Notes under the pieces: model-generated
What the model saw: the letters and a program-made list of their open reading frames with translations, nothing else
Database searches by the model: none
Told to the model about the DNA's origin: nothing
In this document: positions 18,378-28,500 of the stretch, in pieces
Position numbering within the stretch: the first letter of the stretch is position 1
Layout of the letters: the number at the start of each line of letters is the position of its first letter
Position numbers and translations under genes: made by a program
Assembly (NCBI GenBank): GCA_043745805.1
Contig: JAYTSD010000048.1
Span: forward strand, 1 to 38,202
From: Fibrobacteria bacterium
GTDB lineage: Bacteria > Fibrobacterota > Fibrobacteria > UBA11236
Reading direction: 5' to 3'
DNA: 38,202 nt

Positions 18378-21300
18378 GTGACCATCAAACCCATATTATT
18401 TCGGGCTCGCGCTTCAATATTAGGCCTTACCCTTGCTTCGACATTAATTCCCCCTTCCGCAGCCGCTTATTCCTTTAACCGCAATCAGGCGCATATTAAA
18501 TGGAAAGTTTCGGAAACCGAACATTTTCGCTTTAATTATCCCGCTGAAATTGAACCCGTAGCCGATTATGTGGCGGGTATTGCTGAAAGCGTAGCGGAAG
18601 ATAAACTCAAACGCTACAATATTCATTTCGATAATAAAGTTGAATTTATTTTGCGCGAAGATATTTTTTCCAATGGCTGGGCTAATTCTTTACAGAATAC
18701 CATGAATATTTGGATTACGGACTGGGATTTTCCCATTCGCAGCACGCATAATTGGCTTAAAGATGTCGTGACGCATGAATTTTCACATTTGGTTTCTATT
18801 CAAAGCAGCAGTAAGCTTCCCAGTTGGTTGCAAGGCTTATTCATTGGTTATCAGGATTTTTATAATGAAGCGAATCAAGCGTCTTTAGCCACCATTATTC
18901 CTTTTACTTCCCAGCCGGATTGGTTTGCTGAAGGCGTCGCACAATATGAAAGCGAACGTTCCGGCTTCGATGCTTGGGACTCCCACCGTGATATGATTTT
19001 ACGCATGGCTGTTTTGAACAATCAACTGATTGGCTTTGATCGCATGGGTAGTTTTGTCGGGTCAAGTTTACAATATGAACAAGGACCTTATACACAAGGC
19101 TTTGCGCTCACACGTTATATCTCTAGCAAATATGGTGATGAAGCCATGATTAAATTGTGGGCGGAAAATGCACGCATTCATCGACAAACACTCTCCGGTT
19201 CCATGCAAAGAGTTTTAGGAAAAACCGGCGATGAAGTGTGGGAAGATTGGAAAAATGAAATCACCAAAACTTATACCGAACAAGTTAAAGATTTAGGTCC
19301 ACAAATTACCGGACAAAAATTAACCAGCGGATGTTTTTATAATTATTACCCCAAATGGGATTCTAAAGGCCAGAGTCTGTTTTTTGTTTCGAATCAAGGT
19401 CGCAAAGATTTTCGCAGTGCTTTATATAAATACACCTTAGCCGATAGTAGTAAACCCGAAAAGGAACGTGACACCTTGGTTACGGCGGGTTTACGCAATT
19501 ATTTTGATGTCAATAAGGACGATAGTACTTTTTTGTTTTTTTCTGCCAAAGAAGAAGATAAAAATGGATCGCATAAATTCGACATTTATCAAACTAATGT
19601 GAGGCGTGAAGCGCCCTTTTTGGAATTCACCGACAAAACCGAAAAACGCTTTACCGAAAACTTAAATGCTGTACAAGCCAGCTACAATAAAGAAAAAAAC
19701 CAAATCGTTTTTATCAAACAAGTACAGTCCAATTTTCAACTCTGCACTGCTCCAGTTCCCGAGGGTAAAAAATTAAATGCCGAGGAGGTAAAAACCATCT
19801 TTCCATCCGATAGCATTTTACAAACTCGTTTTGGTTTTAATATTTATACACCGCGCTTTTCCCCCGATGGCAAAAATATTTTATTCTCTTATTTTGATGG
19901 CGCTTCGCGCAATATAGGCATGGTTCAAAGTGATGGCAAAAACTTCTCGCCATTGCTCGCCCAAACTTATGATGAACGCGATCCGGAATGGACCGCCGAT
20001 GGAAAGGCTTTTTATTTCTCTTCCGATAGTACCGGCATTTATAATATTTATCGCTATAACTTTGAGGCTAAAACTATTGAGTCTATTACTAATGTCGCCG
20101 GTGGCGCATTCTCTCCTGCCATTGATTCATCGGGACAAAAATTGGCCTACATCAATTATGATCAAGATGGATTTTCACTGTACTTGATCAAAGATTTAAA
20201 ACCTTCACTTAATGCTCCGCAAGCGCGCAAATGGGCGCATCCTGAAACGGCCACCATTGAAGCCATTGATTTAAGTAGTAAAAGTGAAAATTATATGGGA
20301 ACACCTAATCGTTACATCGTCAGCCCTTTATTAATCGGATCCGAAATGTCTTCCACGGATAGAACCGCTACTCAGGGCGAATTAAAATGGTTAGGTGGCT
20401 TTAATGGAATGATCAATGATCCGATAATGAAAAATGAAGTGTCCGGTGCTTTGCTCTTAGAATTGGGCAATGGTATTGATTATATAGGGCATAATAGCGA
20501 ACTTCTTTCCCCAGATAAAGAAAGTCAATTTTATTTAGGCATTGTGAATAATTCATTTCCGGTTTCCATAGGCGCACAGTTTTCCCGCGCGAATATTGCA
20601 TCGCATGATACTGTGCGTATTCAAAGCGCTACCGCCGATGATAAAGATCGTATTGAAAATCAAAACTATGCCGTAATCCTAAGAAATGCCGAAGCGCATT
20701 TACATTATAATTTATTCGATGCCTCCTCGACCGGTGAAAGCGAACAATCCAGTTATTTGCATTTAGCAGCAGGTTATAGTTGGAATGATTTTAATTTTTA
20801 TGATCTCGAATCGGGATCTTTTGCTTTCACCTATTTTAAAAACAATTATTATTCGGCACTATTACATTTTTATAGTCCGGTTTATTCCGATAAAGGAGAT
20901 GTGGCTCCGCTTGGCCTTGCAGCGTTTGCATCCTACATTTTCAATCAATCGCAATTACAAAGGCAAGGAACTTTTTTAGAAACCTTTGTTTTTTCCAATG
21001 GTGTTATCACCCCTTTATATCGCAATTATAATATTCAGGAAATGGATTTAGGCGCAAGTTATGCCTTGCCTTTACCTTGGTCGAAGTATAGCTCCGCTTT
21101 AATTACCGGATCGGCAGGAAGTATACTGGATTGGAAATACACTAATCGAGCGAATGCAATCGATACCTTGGATTCCTTTTTTTCGAAAGGTTTATTTCTT
21201 AGAGGTTACCCCTATTTACGCAATAATGAAAATCTTCAATTTCGTGGAGAGCATGTTGCCAAATTGAGTGTGGATATTAATCAAGCCTTAATTCCCAATA

Positions 21301-21719
21301 TTTATCAAGGCTATTGGATTTTCTTTATCGAGGACATATACGCCCATTTGTTTTGGGAAATGGGTCGCGCTTGGAATGGTAACTTATATGATACTCGTAT
21401 TTTTAACCCTACTTATTATGATGAAAATAAAAGGGCCGATAGCTGGGTACAAAGTTTAGGCTGGGGTTTAAAACTCAATGCCAAAAGCTATCACAATTAT
21501 CCTTTCCTTGTTTATTTAGAAATGGCCACGGGTCTGAATCGTGTTTTAGCTTCCGATGGAAAAGCTTTGGAAAAATTGGAAAGCATTAAGGTTTTATCCC
21601 TAGAAACTTTTGCGACACGCATTCGTTTTGGAATTTCTTTTGGTTTGGATAATGGTTTATTGAATCGTCCCAAAGCCGCCGTTCCTACGCAACGCAGCAA
21701 ACCCTTTTTTGCACATTAA
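18378..21719 (+). CDS. Exported protein: HExxH metallopeptidase-like domain, TolB/PD40 propeller and Omp85-like C-terminal barrel
   Basis: Signal peptide; VVTHEFSH and PDWFAEGVAQY; PRFSPDGK / PEWTADGK / PAIDSSGQ repeats; C-terminal LRGYP, LFWEMGRAW and SLGWGLK. Confidence 0.8.
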   Translation: MTIKPILFRARASILGLTLASTLIPPSAAAYSFNRNQAHIKWKVSETEHFRFNYPAEIEPVADYVAGIAESVAEDKLKRYNIHFDNKVEFILREDIFSNGWANSLQNTMNIWITDWDFPIRSTHNWLKDVVTHEFSHLVSIQSSSKLPSWLQGLFIGYQDFYNEANQASLATIIPFTSQPDWFAEGVAQYESERSGFDAWDSHRDMILRMAVLNNQLIGFDRMGSFVGSSLQYEQGPYTQGFALTRYISSKYGDEAMIKLWAENARIHRQTLSGSMQRVLGKTGDEVWEDWKNEITKTYTEQVKDLGPQITGQKLTSGCFYNYYPKWDSKGQSLFFVSNQGRKDFRSALYKYTLADSSKPEKERDTLVTAGLRNYFDVNKDDSTFLFFSAKEEDKNGSHKFDIYQTNVRREAPFLEFTDKTEKRFTENLNAVQASYNKEKNQIVFIKQVQSNFQLCTAPVPEGKKLNAEEVKTIFPSDSILQTRFGFNIYTPRFSPDGKNILFSYFDGASRNIGMVQSDGKNFSPLLAQTYDERDPEWTADGKAFYFSSDSTGIYNIYRYNFEAKTIESITNVAGGAFSPAIDSSGQKLAYINYDQDGFSLYLIKDLKPSLNAPQARKWAHPETATIEAIDLSSKSENYMGTPNRYIVSPLLIGSEMSSTDRTATQGELKWLGGFNGMINDPIMKNEVSGALLLELGNGIDYIGHNSELLSPDKESQFYLGIVNNSFPVSIGAQFSRANIASHDTVRIQSATADDKDRIENQNYAVILRNAEAHLHYNLFDASSTGESEQSSYLHLAAGYSWNDFNFYDLESGSFAFTYFKNNYYSALLHFYSPVYSDKGDVAPLGLAAFASYIFNQSQLQRQGTFLETFVFSNGVITPLYRNYNIQEMDLGASYALPLPWSKYSSALITGSAGSILDWKYTNRANAIDTLDSFFSKGLFLRGYPYLRNNENLQFRGEHVAKLSVDINQALIPNIYQGYWIFFIEDIYAHLFWEMGRAWNGNLYDTRIFNPTYYDENKRADSWVQSLGWGLKLNAKSYHNYPFLVYLEMATGLNRVLASDGKALEKLESIKVLSLETFATRIRFGISFGLDNGLLNRPKAAVPTQRSKPFFAH

Positions 21720-21733
21720 AACTTGGAAAAAAC

Positions 21734-22612
21734 ATGCCTGTGAATAAAACTTTCGCTTATGTGAATGGCAAAATTTATCCCGCCGAAAAAGCTTCGATTT
21801 CGGTTTTTGATCGTGGCTTGGTTTTGGGAGATGGTTTATTCGAAACTTTGCGTACGGTGAATGGCCATCCTCAATTTTTACCTTTGCATTTTGAGCGCTT
21901 GCGAAAGTCCGCTAAAAAATTATTGATTAAAATTCCCTTTTCGCTTTTAGAATTAGAAGACATCATCCAGTCTCTTTGTCGCAAAAGCCATTTACAGGAT
22001 GCCACCACACGCATTACCGTAACACGCGGAAAATATTTAGGGGGCTTAGGTATTGACTCGACTATTGTCCCTTCGCTGATTATTACAGTGTCTCCTGTTC
22101 ATGGACTCGGCGAAGCGATTTATAAAAAAGGCGTCCCCATCGCGATCAGTAGTATCAATAAAACCGCCGCATCCGGTTTAGATTCTAAAATTAAAAGCAT
22201 AAATTATTTAGCCAATATTTTTGCTAAAGCCGAAGCGGATAAAAAAGGGTGCTATGAAAGTATCTTACTGGGACCAAACGGTGAAATCGCCGAACTCAGC
22301 ACCGCCAGTTTTTTTGCCGTGTGGAATGGTGAAGTCGTTACACCCGCTATTGATACGGGAATATTACCGGGAATAACTCGACAAGTGATTTTAAAAATTC
22401 TTAAAAAAAATCGCATCCCTTTTCGCGAAGGTGAAATATTTCCCGAACAAGTTGCCGAAATGTCCGAAGCCTTTTTAAGCTCTTCCGTGCGCGGTATTGT
22501 GCCAATTACGCGTATTGAAAAGCAAAAAGTGGGAAATGCTAAGGTGGGTCCAGTATTTTTGCAGTTACGTGAACTTTATGCACAGGCTTGTGCTGATGAT
22601 TCACTTTCCTAA
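21734..22612 (+). CDS. Class IV PLP aminotransferase (IlvE/PabC/Dat-like)
   Basis: DRGLVLGDGLFET, HFERL, KIKSINY (PLP Lys) and ILPGITR motifs. Confidence 0.93.
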   Translation: MPVNKTFAYVNGKIYPAEKASISVFDRGLVLGDGLFETLRTVNGHPQFLPLHFERLRKSAKKLLIKIPFSLLELEDIIQSLCRKSHLQDATTRITVTRGKYLGGLGIDSTIVPSLIITVSPVHGLGEAIYKKGVPIAISSINKTAASGLDSKIKSINYLANIFAKAEADKKGCYESILLGPNGEIAELSTASFFAVWNGEVVTPAIDTGILPGITRQVILKILKKNRIPFREGEIFPEQVAEMSEAFLSSSVRGIVPITRIEKQKVGNAKVGPVFLQLRELYAQACADDSLS

Positions 22613-23509
22613 AATTTGTTTTAAAGCATCTTCCAATTTTGGGTAATGAAAATGATACCCTAGGCGAGCCACTTTTTCCGAAGAAACTCTTTGACTATCT
22701 ATGAGAATGGCGCTCATCTCACCAAATATTATTTTTAAAATAAAAGTGGGTAGCCTTAAAAACAAAGGTCTTTTTAATATTTTTGCCAATTCTATACTAA
22801 ACTCCTTATTGGTTAATGGAGATGGAGTACAAGCGTTTACAACACCTTTAACTTCCTTGTTTTTCAATGCAAAGAGGATTAGGCCTATCGCATCTTCCAA
22901 ATGCAACCCACTCATATATTGCTGGCCATTACCCAAAATGGCTCCGAGCCCAAATTGAAAAGGGAAAAGCATTTTTGCCAAAGCCCCGCCATCGCCTAAT
23001 ACCACACCATTGCGTAAAGCCACTACACGAAGCCCTAAGGATTCAGCCGCAAAAATTTCTTTTTCCCAAGCCTCAACTACTTCAGCTAAAAACCCATTTC
23101 CTCGTGGTGAAGATTCAGTAACCATAGAGTTACCCGTATCTCCATAAAAACCAATTGCCGAAGCGGAAATAAAAATTTTAGGGGGTACCAACAACCTAGC
23201 TATAGCTGACACCAAAGCTCGGGTAGAGTTTATTCGACTATTGAAAATTTTTTCTTTACGCTTTTTTGTCCATCGACCCTCTCCTACATTTTCGCCGGCA
23301 AGATGAACAATTGCCTCTACGTTTTCCAGCGCTTCGCTAGGAATAGTTCCTTGCTGGCCATAAAGAAAAGCTTTTGTGCTGGAGGGGAAAGTTCTTTTGG
23401 CTTTAGCTAAATCACGAGTTAACACCCACGTTTCATGGCCCAAAGCCTGAAGGTGAGAGATCAAGGGTTTACCTATAAAACCCGTGCCTCCCGTTACTAA
23501 TACGCGCAT
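22601..23509 (-). CDS. TIGR01777/YfcH-family NAD-dependent epimerase-like protein
   Basis: VTGGTGFIG, HLAGENV..RWT, ISASAIGFYG and LRNGVVLG motifs; 12-bp convergent overlap with the aminotransferase. Confidence 0.92.
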   Translation of the reverse strand: MRVLVTGGTGFIGKPLISHLQALGHETWVLTRDLAKAKRTFPSSTKAFLYGQQGTIPSEALENVEAIVHLAGENVGEGRWTKKRKEKIFNSRINSTRALVSAIARLLVPPKIFISASAIGFYGDTGNSMVTESSPRGNGFLAEVVEAWEKEIFAAESLGLRVVALRNGVVLGDGGALAKMLFPFQFGLGAILGNGQQYMSGLHLEDAIGLILFALKNKEVKGVVNACTPSPLTNKEFSIELAKILKRPLFLRLPTFILKIIFGEMSAILIDSQRVSSEKVARLGYHFHYPKLEDALKQILGK

Positions 23510-23514
23510 ATTAT

Positions 23515-24693
23515 TTACACTAGTGGCGTGGTCGGAATTTTATATTCATGTACACGCACTTCGAGTTGGCCATTATCAATGAGCATATGGCGATGGGATT
23601 TGAGATGCAAAGCTTTTTCCCAAAGCGGATCTGCCATGAGTACATACGTCTTGGAACCGGGGCAACGGCTTTTTAAGAACATGCCTAAATGCGCATAAGT
23701 GGTTTCCAGTAACTTAGGATTTTCGCCTTCTAAACGCAGACCATAAGGAGGATTAGAAATAACTGTCGTGTATTTCTGAAACTTTTCCCATTTTTTAAAA
23801 TCTTGTTTAAAAATTTGGATTTGATCGGCAAAAGGAGTTCCCGATAAATTTAAAATACTGGCTTCCACCGCTTTTGGATCATTGTCTCCGCCTTGAATTA
23901 ATTTATGTGGCAAGGGAATAATCGCGGCATCCATTTCGGTTTTAACCTTTAACCATAACTCTTCATCAAAATCGGGAAGCCCTTCAAAACCTTGGCGTGT
24001 GCGGAAAAAGCCTGCCGGTGTTTTGGTGTAAAGCATGGCCGCTTCAATTAAAAATGTACCGCTGCCACAAAAGGGATCCACCAATGGTGTCACGCCTTTC
24101 CATTTTGCGAAGCGCAAAACAGCAGCTGCTAAATTTTCTTTCATGGGAGCAGAAACCGCTAGTTTACGGTAACCTCGGCGATGCATCACGCCATCGGAAT
24201 AATAGAGACTGATTTTTGCTACGTTATGAAAAATCACTAAATCAAAACGTAAATCGGGGCTGTCCATTTCCACATTGGGACGCTCAACCTCTTGATCACG
24301 AAAATGATCGACAATCGCATCTTTTAATTTAAGCGCGGCATATTGACTATGATCGATGGTTGAATAGGCGGTATGCGCGGATATGCGAAAGGTTTGTCCG
24401 GATTGAATAATTTGCGTCCATGGCAAACTATAAGCGTATTCATAAAGTTCTTCGGGATCGCGACATTCAAATTCAGCGATGGGACGCAGTAAACGGGAAG
24501 CAATTCGAGATCCGTAAACTACGCGATACGCTTCTTCTAAGGATAATTCCACCTCCGCACCCAAATGACCTGCTTTGGCGCCCTCGATACCCATTTCCAA
24601 TAATTCTTCAAGTAATAAAGGCTCTAGATGGCGAGGTGCACTGATAAAAAACGGAGACCGGGATACGCTATTATTTTCGATTATTTCTGACAT
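23515..24693 (-). CDS. THUMP-domain RNA methyltransferase (RlmL/YpsC-like); start ATG 24693 or 24714
   Basis: LKDAIVDHFR, HRRGYR, APMKENLAAA, DPFCGSGT and SNPPYG motifs. Confidence 0.92.
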   Translation of the reverse strand: MSEIIENNSVSRSPFFISAPRHLEPLLLEELLEMGIEGAKAGHLGAEVELSLEEAYRVVYGSRIASRLLRPIAEFECRDPEELYEYAYSLPWTQIIQSGQTFRISAHTAYSTIDHSQYAALKLKDAIVDHFRDQEVERPNVEMDSPDLRFDLVIFHNVAKISLYYSDGVMHRRGYRKLAVSAPMKENLAAAVLRFAKWKGVTPLVDPFCGSGTFLIEAAMLYTKTPAGFFRTRQGFEGLPDFDEELWLKVKTEMDAAIIPLPHKLIQGGDNDPKAVEASILNLSGTPFADQIQIFKQDFKKWEKFQKYTTVISNPPYGLRLEGENPKLLETTYAHLGMFLKSRCPGSKTYVLMADPLWEKALHLKSHRHMLIDNGQLEVRVHEYKIPTTPLV

Positions 24694-24771
24694 AGGGCAA
24701 AAATAGAAAAGCATCTGAAGATTAGAACCTACAGATGTGAAAGATTCGCGTTTAAGATTTAGATCTTTTTG

Positions 24772-24791
24772 CCCATCCCCAAAAGGATGGG
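24772..24791 (-). other. Stem-loop immediately 3' of the RRM gene
   Basis: CCCATCC-ccaaaa-GGATGGG, 10 bp after the stop; no U-tract on the coding strand, so a stabilising hairpin or atypical terminator. Confidence 0.5.
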
Positions 24792-24801
24792 TTAAAGAAG
24801 A

Positions 24802-25188
24802 TTAGTAATTACCGCGATTTGAGCGTACCGGATTCGAATTTTCGCGAGGTCCGCGATCGTATCCACGATTACCACCGCCGCCATTGCCACCGCTATGACC
24901 GCCTTGACCACCACCATTATCGCCGCCGCCATTACCGCCGCCTTCTTCACGAGGTCTGGCTTCGCGCGCATTGATTTTGCGACCAAGCAATTCTCCACCA
25001 TTCATTCCCTCAAGTGCTTTGCGGGCATCATCGTCGCTGTCCATTTCGACGAAGCCAAAGCCTCGAGATTTCCCAGTCTGTCTGTCTTTGATAATACGTG
25101 CAGAGCTTACTGTGCCATAGGCACCAAAAGCTTGGCGTAAATCATCTTCGGATGTTTGATAGGGAATATTGCTGACATAAATATTCAT
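24802..25188 (-). CDS. RRM RNA-binding protein with Gly-rich tail
   Basis: RNP2 IYVSNI and RNP1 RGFGFVEM; GGN/GGQ low-complexity C-terminus; AAGGA SD upstream. Confidence 0.96.
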   Translation of the reverse strand: MNIYVSNIPYQTSEDDLRQAFGAYGTVSSARIIKDRQTGKSRGFGFVEMDSDDDARKALEGMNGGELLGRKINAREARPREEGGGNGGGDNGGGQGGHSGGNGGGGNRGYDRGPRENSNPVRSNRGNY

Positions 25189-25283
25189 GTGACTTTCCTT
25201 TTTTTAATTCAGCCATATTTCTCCGTCCGAGAAATCGGCTCATTCTTTTTTAGGGACGGATTAATAAAAGCCCAAAAAAGCCG

Positions 25284-25313
25284 ATGGTAGGAAAATATAA
25301 TATCGAATGTCAA
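25284..25313 (-). promoter_or_regulatory. Candidate sigma70 promoter of the RRM gene
   Basis: Minus strand TTGACA (25313-25308), 18 nt, TACCAT (25289-25284). Confidence 0.5.
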
Positions 25314-25552
25314 GAAATGGATAGATTTTCTGGAGGGTCCTTAAATATATATAAAACTTAGTGATTCGTCAATTTAGCCTATTCACAACTTGCAAGTAAG
25401 CATCATAACCCTTTTATTTTCAGCTACTTAAGCGTTCCGAAAGGTACACTTTTATTCTTCGTTTTCTAGGACAAGGATCTTTCTTTCCTCCCCTAAATAA
25501 GTTATGATATTCTCAAGTTTTGGAATATTAGTTCCTTTCCCTCGGAGTTATT

Positions 25553-28500
25553 TTGAAAATAAACTGTTTTACTCCTAAATGGATTTTCCATTTTAATGCT
25601 GTTTGTATCGCTTTTGTTTTCATTACTTTGCTTACGGGTTGTGCTGACAAAAAGCAAATTGGAGAAGATTTTGCGAGTAATCGCATACAAGGTGTGCGCT
25701 TCGATCCTTCTTACTATTACAATCTTAAGCAACCTTTAGATAAATTCGCAGATTCAGCCATTGCCGTTTGGCAAGCACATGGCATTAACACGATTTTCTT
25801 TAAAGCCTATGATCCGCAATATGGCGCAGTATACAAAACCGGTTATAAATACAATGTGGAAACAGGATACAGTAAAAAAGATTTATTAAAACATTTTATA
25901 GACGCCTCCCATAAGCGCGGTATAAAGCTTATTGCTTGGCTACCCGTTTTTGAGCATAAGGGCGTATGGGAAAAGCGACCTGAATGGCGCATGAAAAATG
26001 CTGACGGGAGCGATTTATCCCCCTATCCTGATCAGCATTTTCTTTGCGTACGTCAGCCCGGATTTATTATTTGGTGGGAAGGTTTTTTAAAAGATATTTT
26101 AAAGCATTATCCCGAAATCGATGGCGTTGATTTTTCGGAGCCAACTATAGTTTGGAAAAATAAATTTGCTTGTCATTGTGATGTTTGTCGCAAAGAAATT
26201 GCAGAAGATACTCATGCTTTTAGCCCTGAAGCTATTGTAAAAAGAAGCCAAGGTCTAACGGATTTATTGCTGAGATCTTCCAAAATAGTGAAAGCCGCTC
26301 ATAAAATTGCTTGCCTTACATTTATTGCTACCGCAGATGCTCAGGCCAATCTTATGCCTTTTTCCAAACAAAAAGAATTAACCGGATTAGATTTGGATAA
26401 GTTACTGGATTCACAAGATAAACCTCAATGGCTATCTGCAGAATTAATGTGGCAACAATGGGCTAATATATATGAAAACCCAGCCACTTTTAAACCAGAC
26501 TGGACACAAAAGGCCGTTGAGCAAACCTTAGCGCAAATTAATAATCGTGTGCATTTACTAGCGCACGTGGAAATCACTCCGCTTGGAGCAGTTGAAGTTA
26601 GTCCGAACGAATTAGTAGAAAGCATAGTGGCCGCACGACGTGGTGGAGCACAGAGTATTGAGTTTTACGATACCCATTTAGCCGACAGCATGCAAGCGTG
26701 GTCTATTTTAGCCAAAGCTTGGCAAACACAAAGTGAACGTAAAGTTATGGTATATCATGATTCTTCGGGTGAAGGTGTCGCCATGCAAGTCGCTACGCTT
26801 TTCGGCCATTTTTCCATGGAAACCCATGTGTTACCCGTAGATTCATTTAATCTTAGTCAACTAAAACTAAATGACGTTGTGGCTTATGTGGGGACCTCAG
26901 AAACTGCTATACTCCCTGCTGATTTTTTAAACTTTGCACGACATCCTCAAAACAAATTATTTTGGCTGCATTTTAATTTACGACAATTGGAATATCCTTT
27001 AGCCGATAGCGAAAGAGCCCGTAAACCTGGCGACACGTCAAGGTTACATCTAGACACGACAAAATCTTTGGGAGCTTTTGCCAATTTAGGTTTTAAACAA
27101 GACGGCGTTTTGCGATCCAGCGAATTCAATACGGTGCTATATAACCATCAACAATTATTTAAAACGGATTCGGTATTTAACCTGATTAGCTTATTAGATA
27201 GCAATAGAGCCAAAATTCATGCCTATGCCAAAAGCCAAGCCGGAATATTGCGGCCCTATATTTTACAAAGCGGAAATTTTTGGTATGTGGCGGATTGCCC
27301 AACAGATTATATCACAGAAGGAGGTCGAGACATTGCCTTTGCCGATTTGCTTCATGAATTTGTTGGTGAAATTCATCCAGAAAAACACACGGGTTTAGTG
27401 CGTATTGAAGATGTTTGTCCGCTTAGTGATCCTCAATCGATCCGTCACCTTGCCGATATTCTTGCTTCGGAGGGTGCGCCATTTTCCATTGCGCTTGTTC
27501 CATTTTATGTCGATCCCGATGAAAATGTGGCCTATAGTTTAACTGACAAACCCGACTTAGTGAATGCGATCCATTATGCTATAAGTAAAGGGGCAAGCAT
27601 TGTCATGCATGGAACTACGCATCAATATAGAGGTCGTTCCACGCATGATTATGAATTTTGGGATGCTTTACATAATACGCCTATTTTTGAAGACTCCAAA
27701 GAATATGTGCGACTGCGTTTACGTAAAGGTATTGAAGAAATGCATCGCAATGGCATTTATCCTTTAGTATTCGAAACACCGCATTATGCCTGTTCCAATT
27801 TAGATTATTCGGTGATTGATCAATTTTTCAATGTGGAATACGGGCGTCGCCAAGTAATCGATAAAACCGGTTACGATCAATTGGTTCCTTATTTTATTGG
27901 GCGTCATCCTTCAGGCAATTCGATTATTCCCGAAAACTTAGGTTATGTGCCCAATGACAATCAAGACGCAACCCCTATTATCCGTTTTGCGCAAAATAAT
28001 TTAGCGGTACGCGATGGATTTGCCAGTTTCTTTTTTCATCCTTGGATTAAATCCAGTGTACTTAAAGAAATTGTACGAGGCTTAAAAAAGCAAGGCTATG
28101 TTTTTTCGGATATTCGCAATGTGCCTTTACGCATGACTTCCCCAGGTATTGTACAGGTTACTGGAAACCAAAATGTTACCTTTAAATCCAGCGGCCAATT
28201 TTTACACACTTTCTTCCTAGATCGAGAAGGAAAAAAACAAAAAGAATGGTATTCCGAAGCTCCCGTGGAGAGAGAATATAAACAAAACATAAGTTGTCCT
28301 CCGGGTTGGTCCTTTGTAGTAGAAGGGGTGAATAATAAACCGAAATGGTATTCTGGAATTTCTATTCCAAAATTCGCTTTCGCGCATACCTTGCGAGAAA
28401 AAATATTTGCCACGCCTCCCTTAGCTTTAAAACATGGGGCTCCTGCAAAACCTGTAATTCTCTGGCCTACCCAGGATAGTAATTTTGATGCTCAAACTTG

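Noticed and set aside
24792..25140. Ala/Val-rich ORFs 24792..25001 and 24895..25140, and the GCC/ACC-rich repeat-like DNA
   Set aside because: These are alternative-frame readings of the Gly-rich tail of the RRM protein, not a separate gene or repeat element.
25189..25552. c-di-GMP riboswitch or ops/JUMPstart element upstream of the EPS operon
   Set aside because: I could not find the GEMM-type two-hairpin pattern or GGCGGTAG by eye; a covariance-model scan would be needed to exclude it fully.
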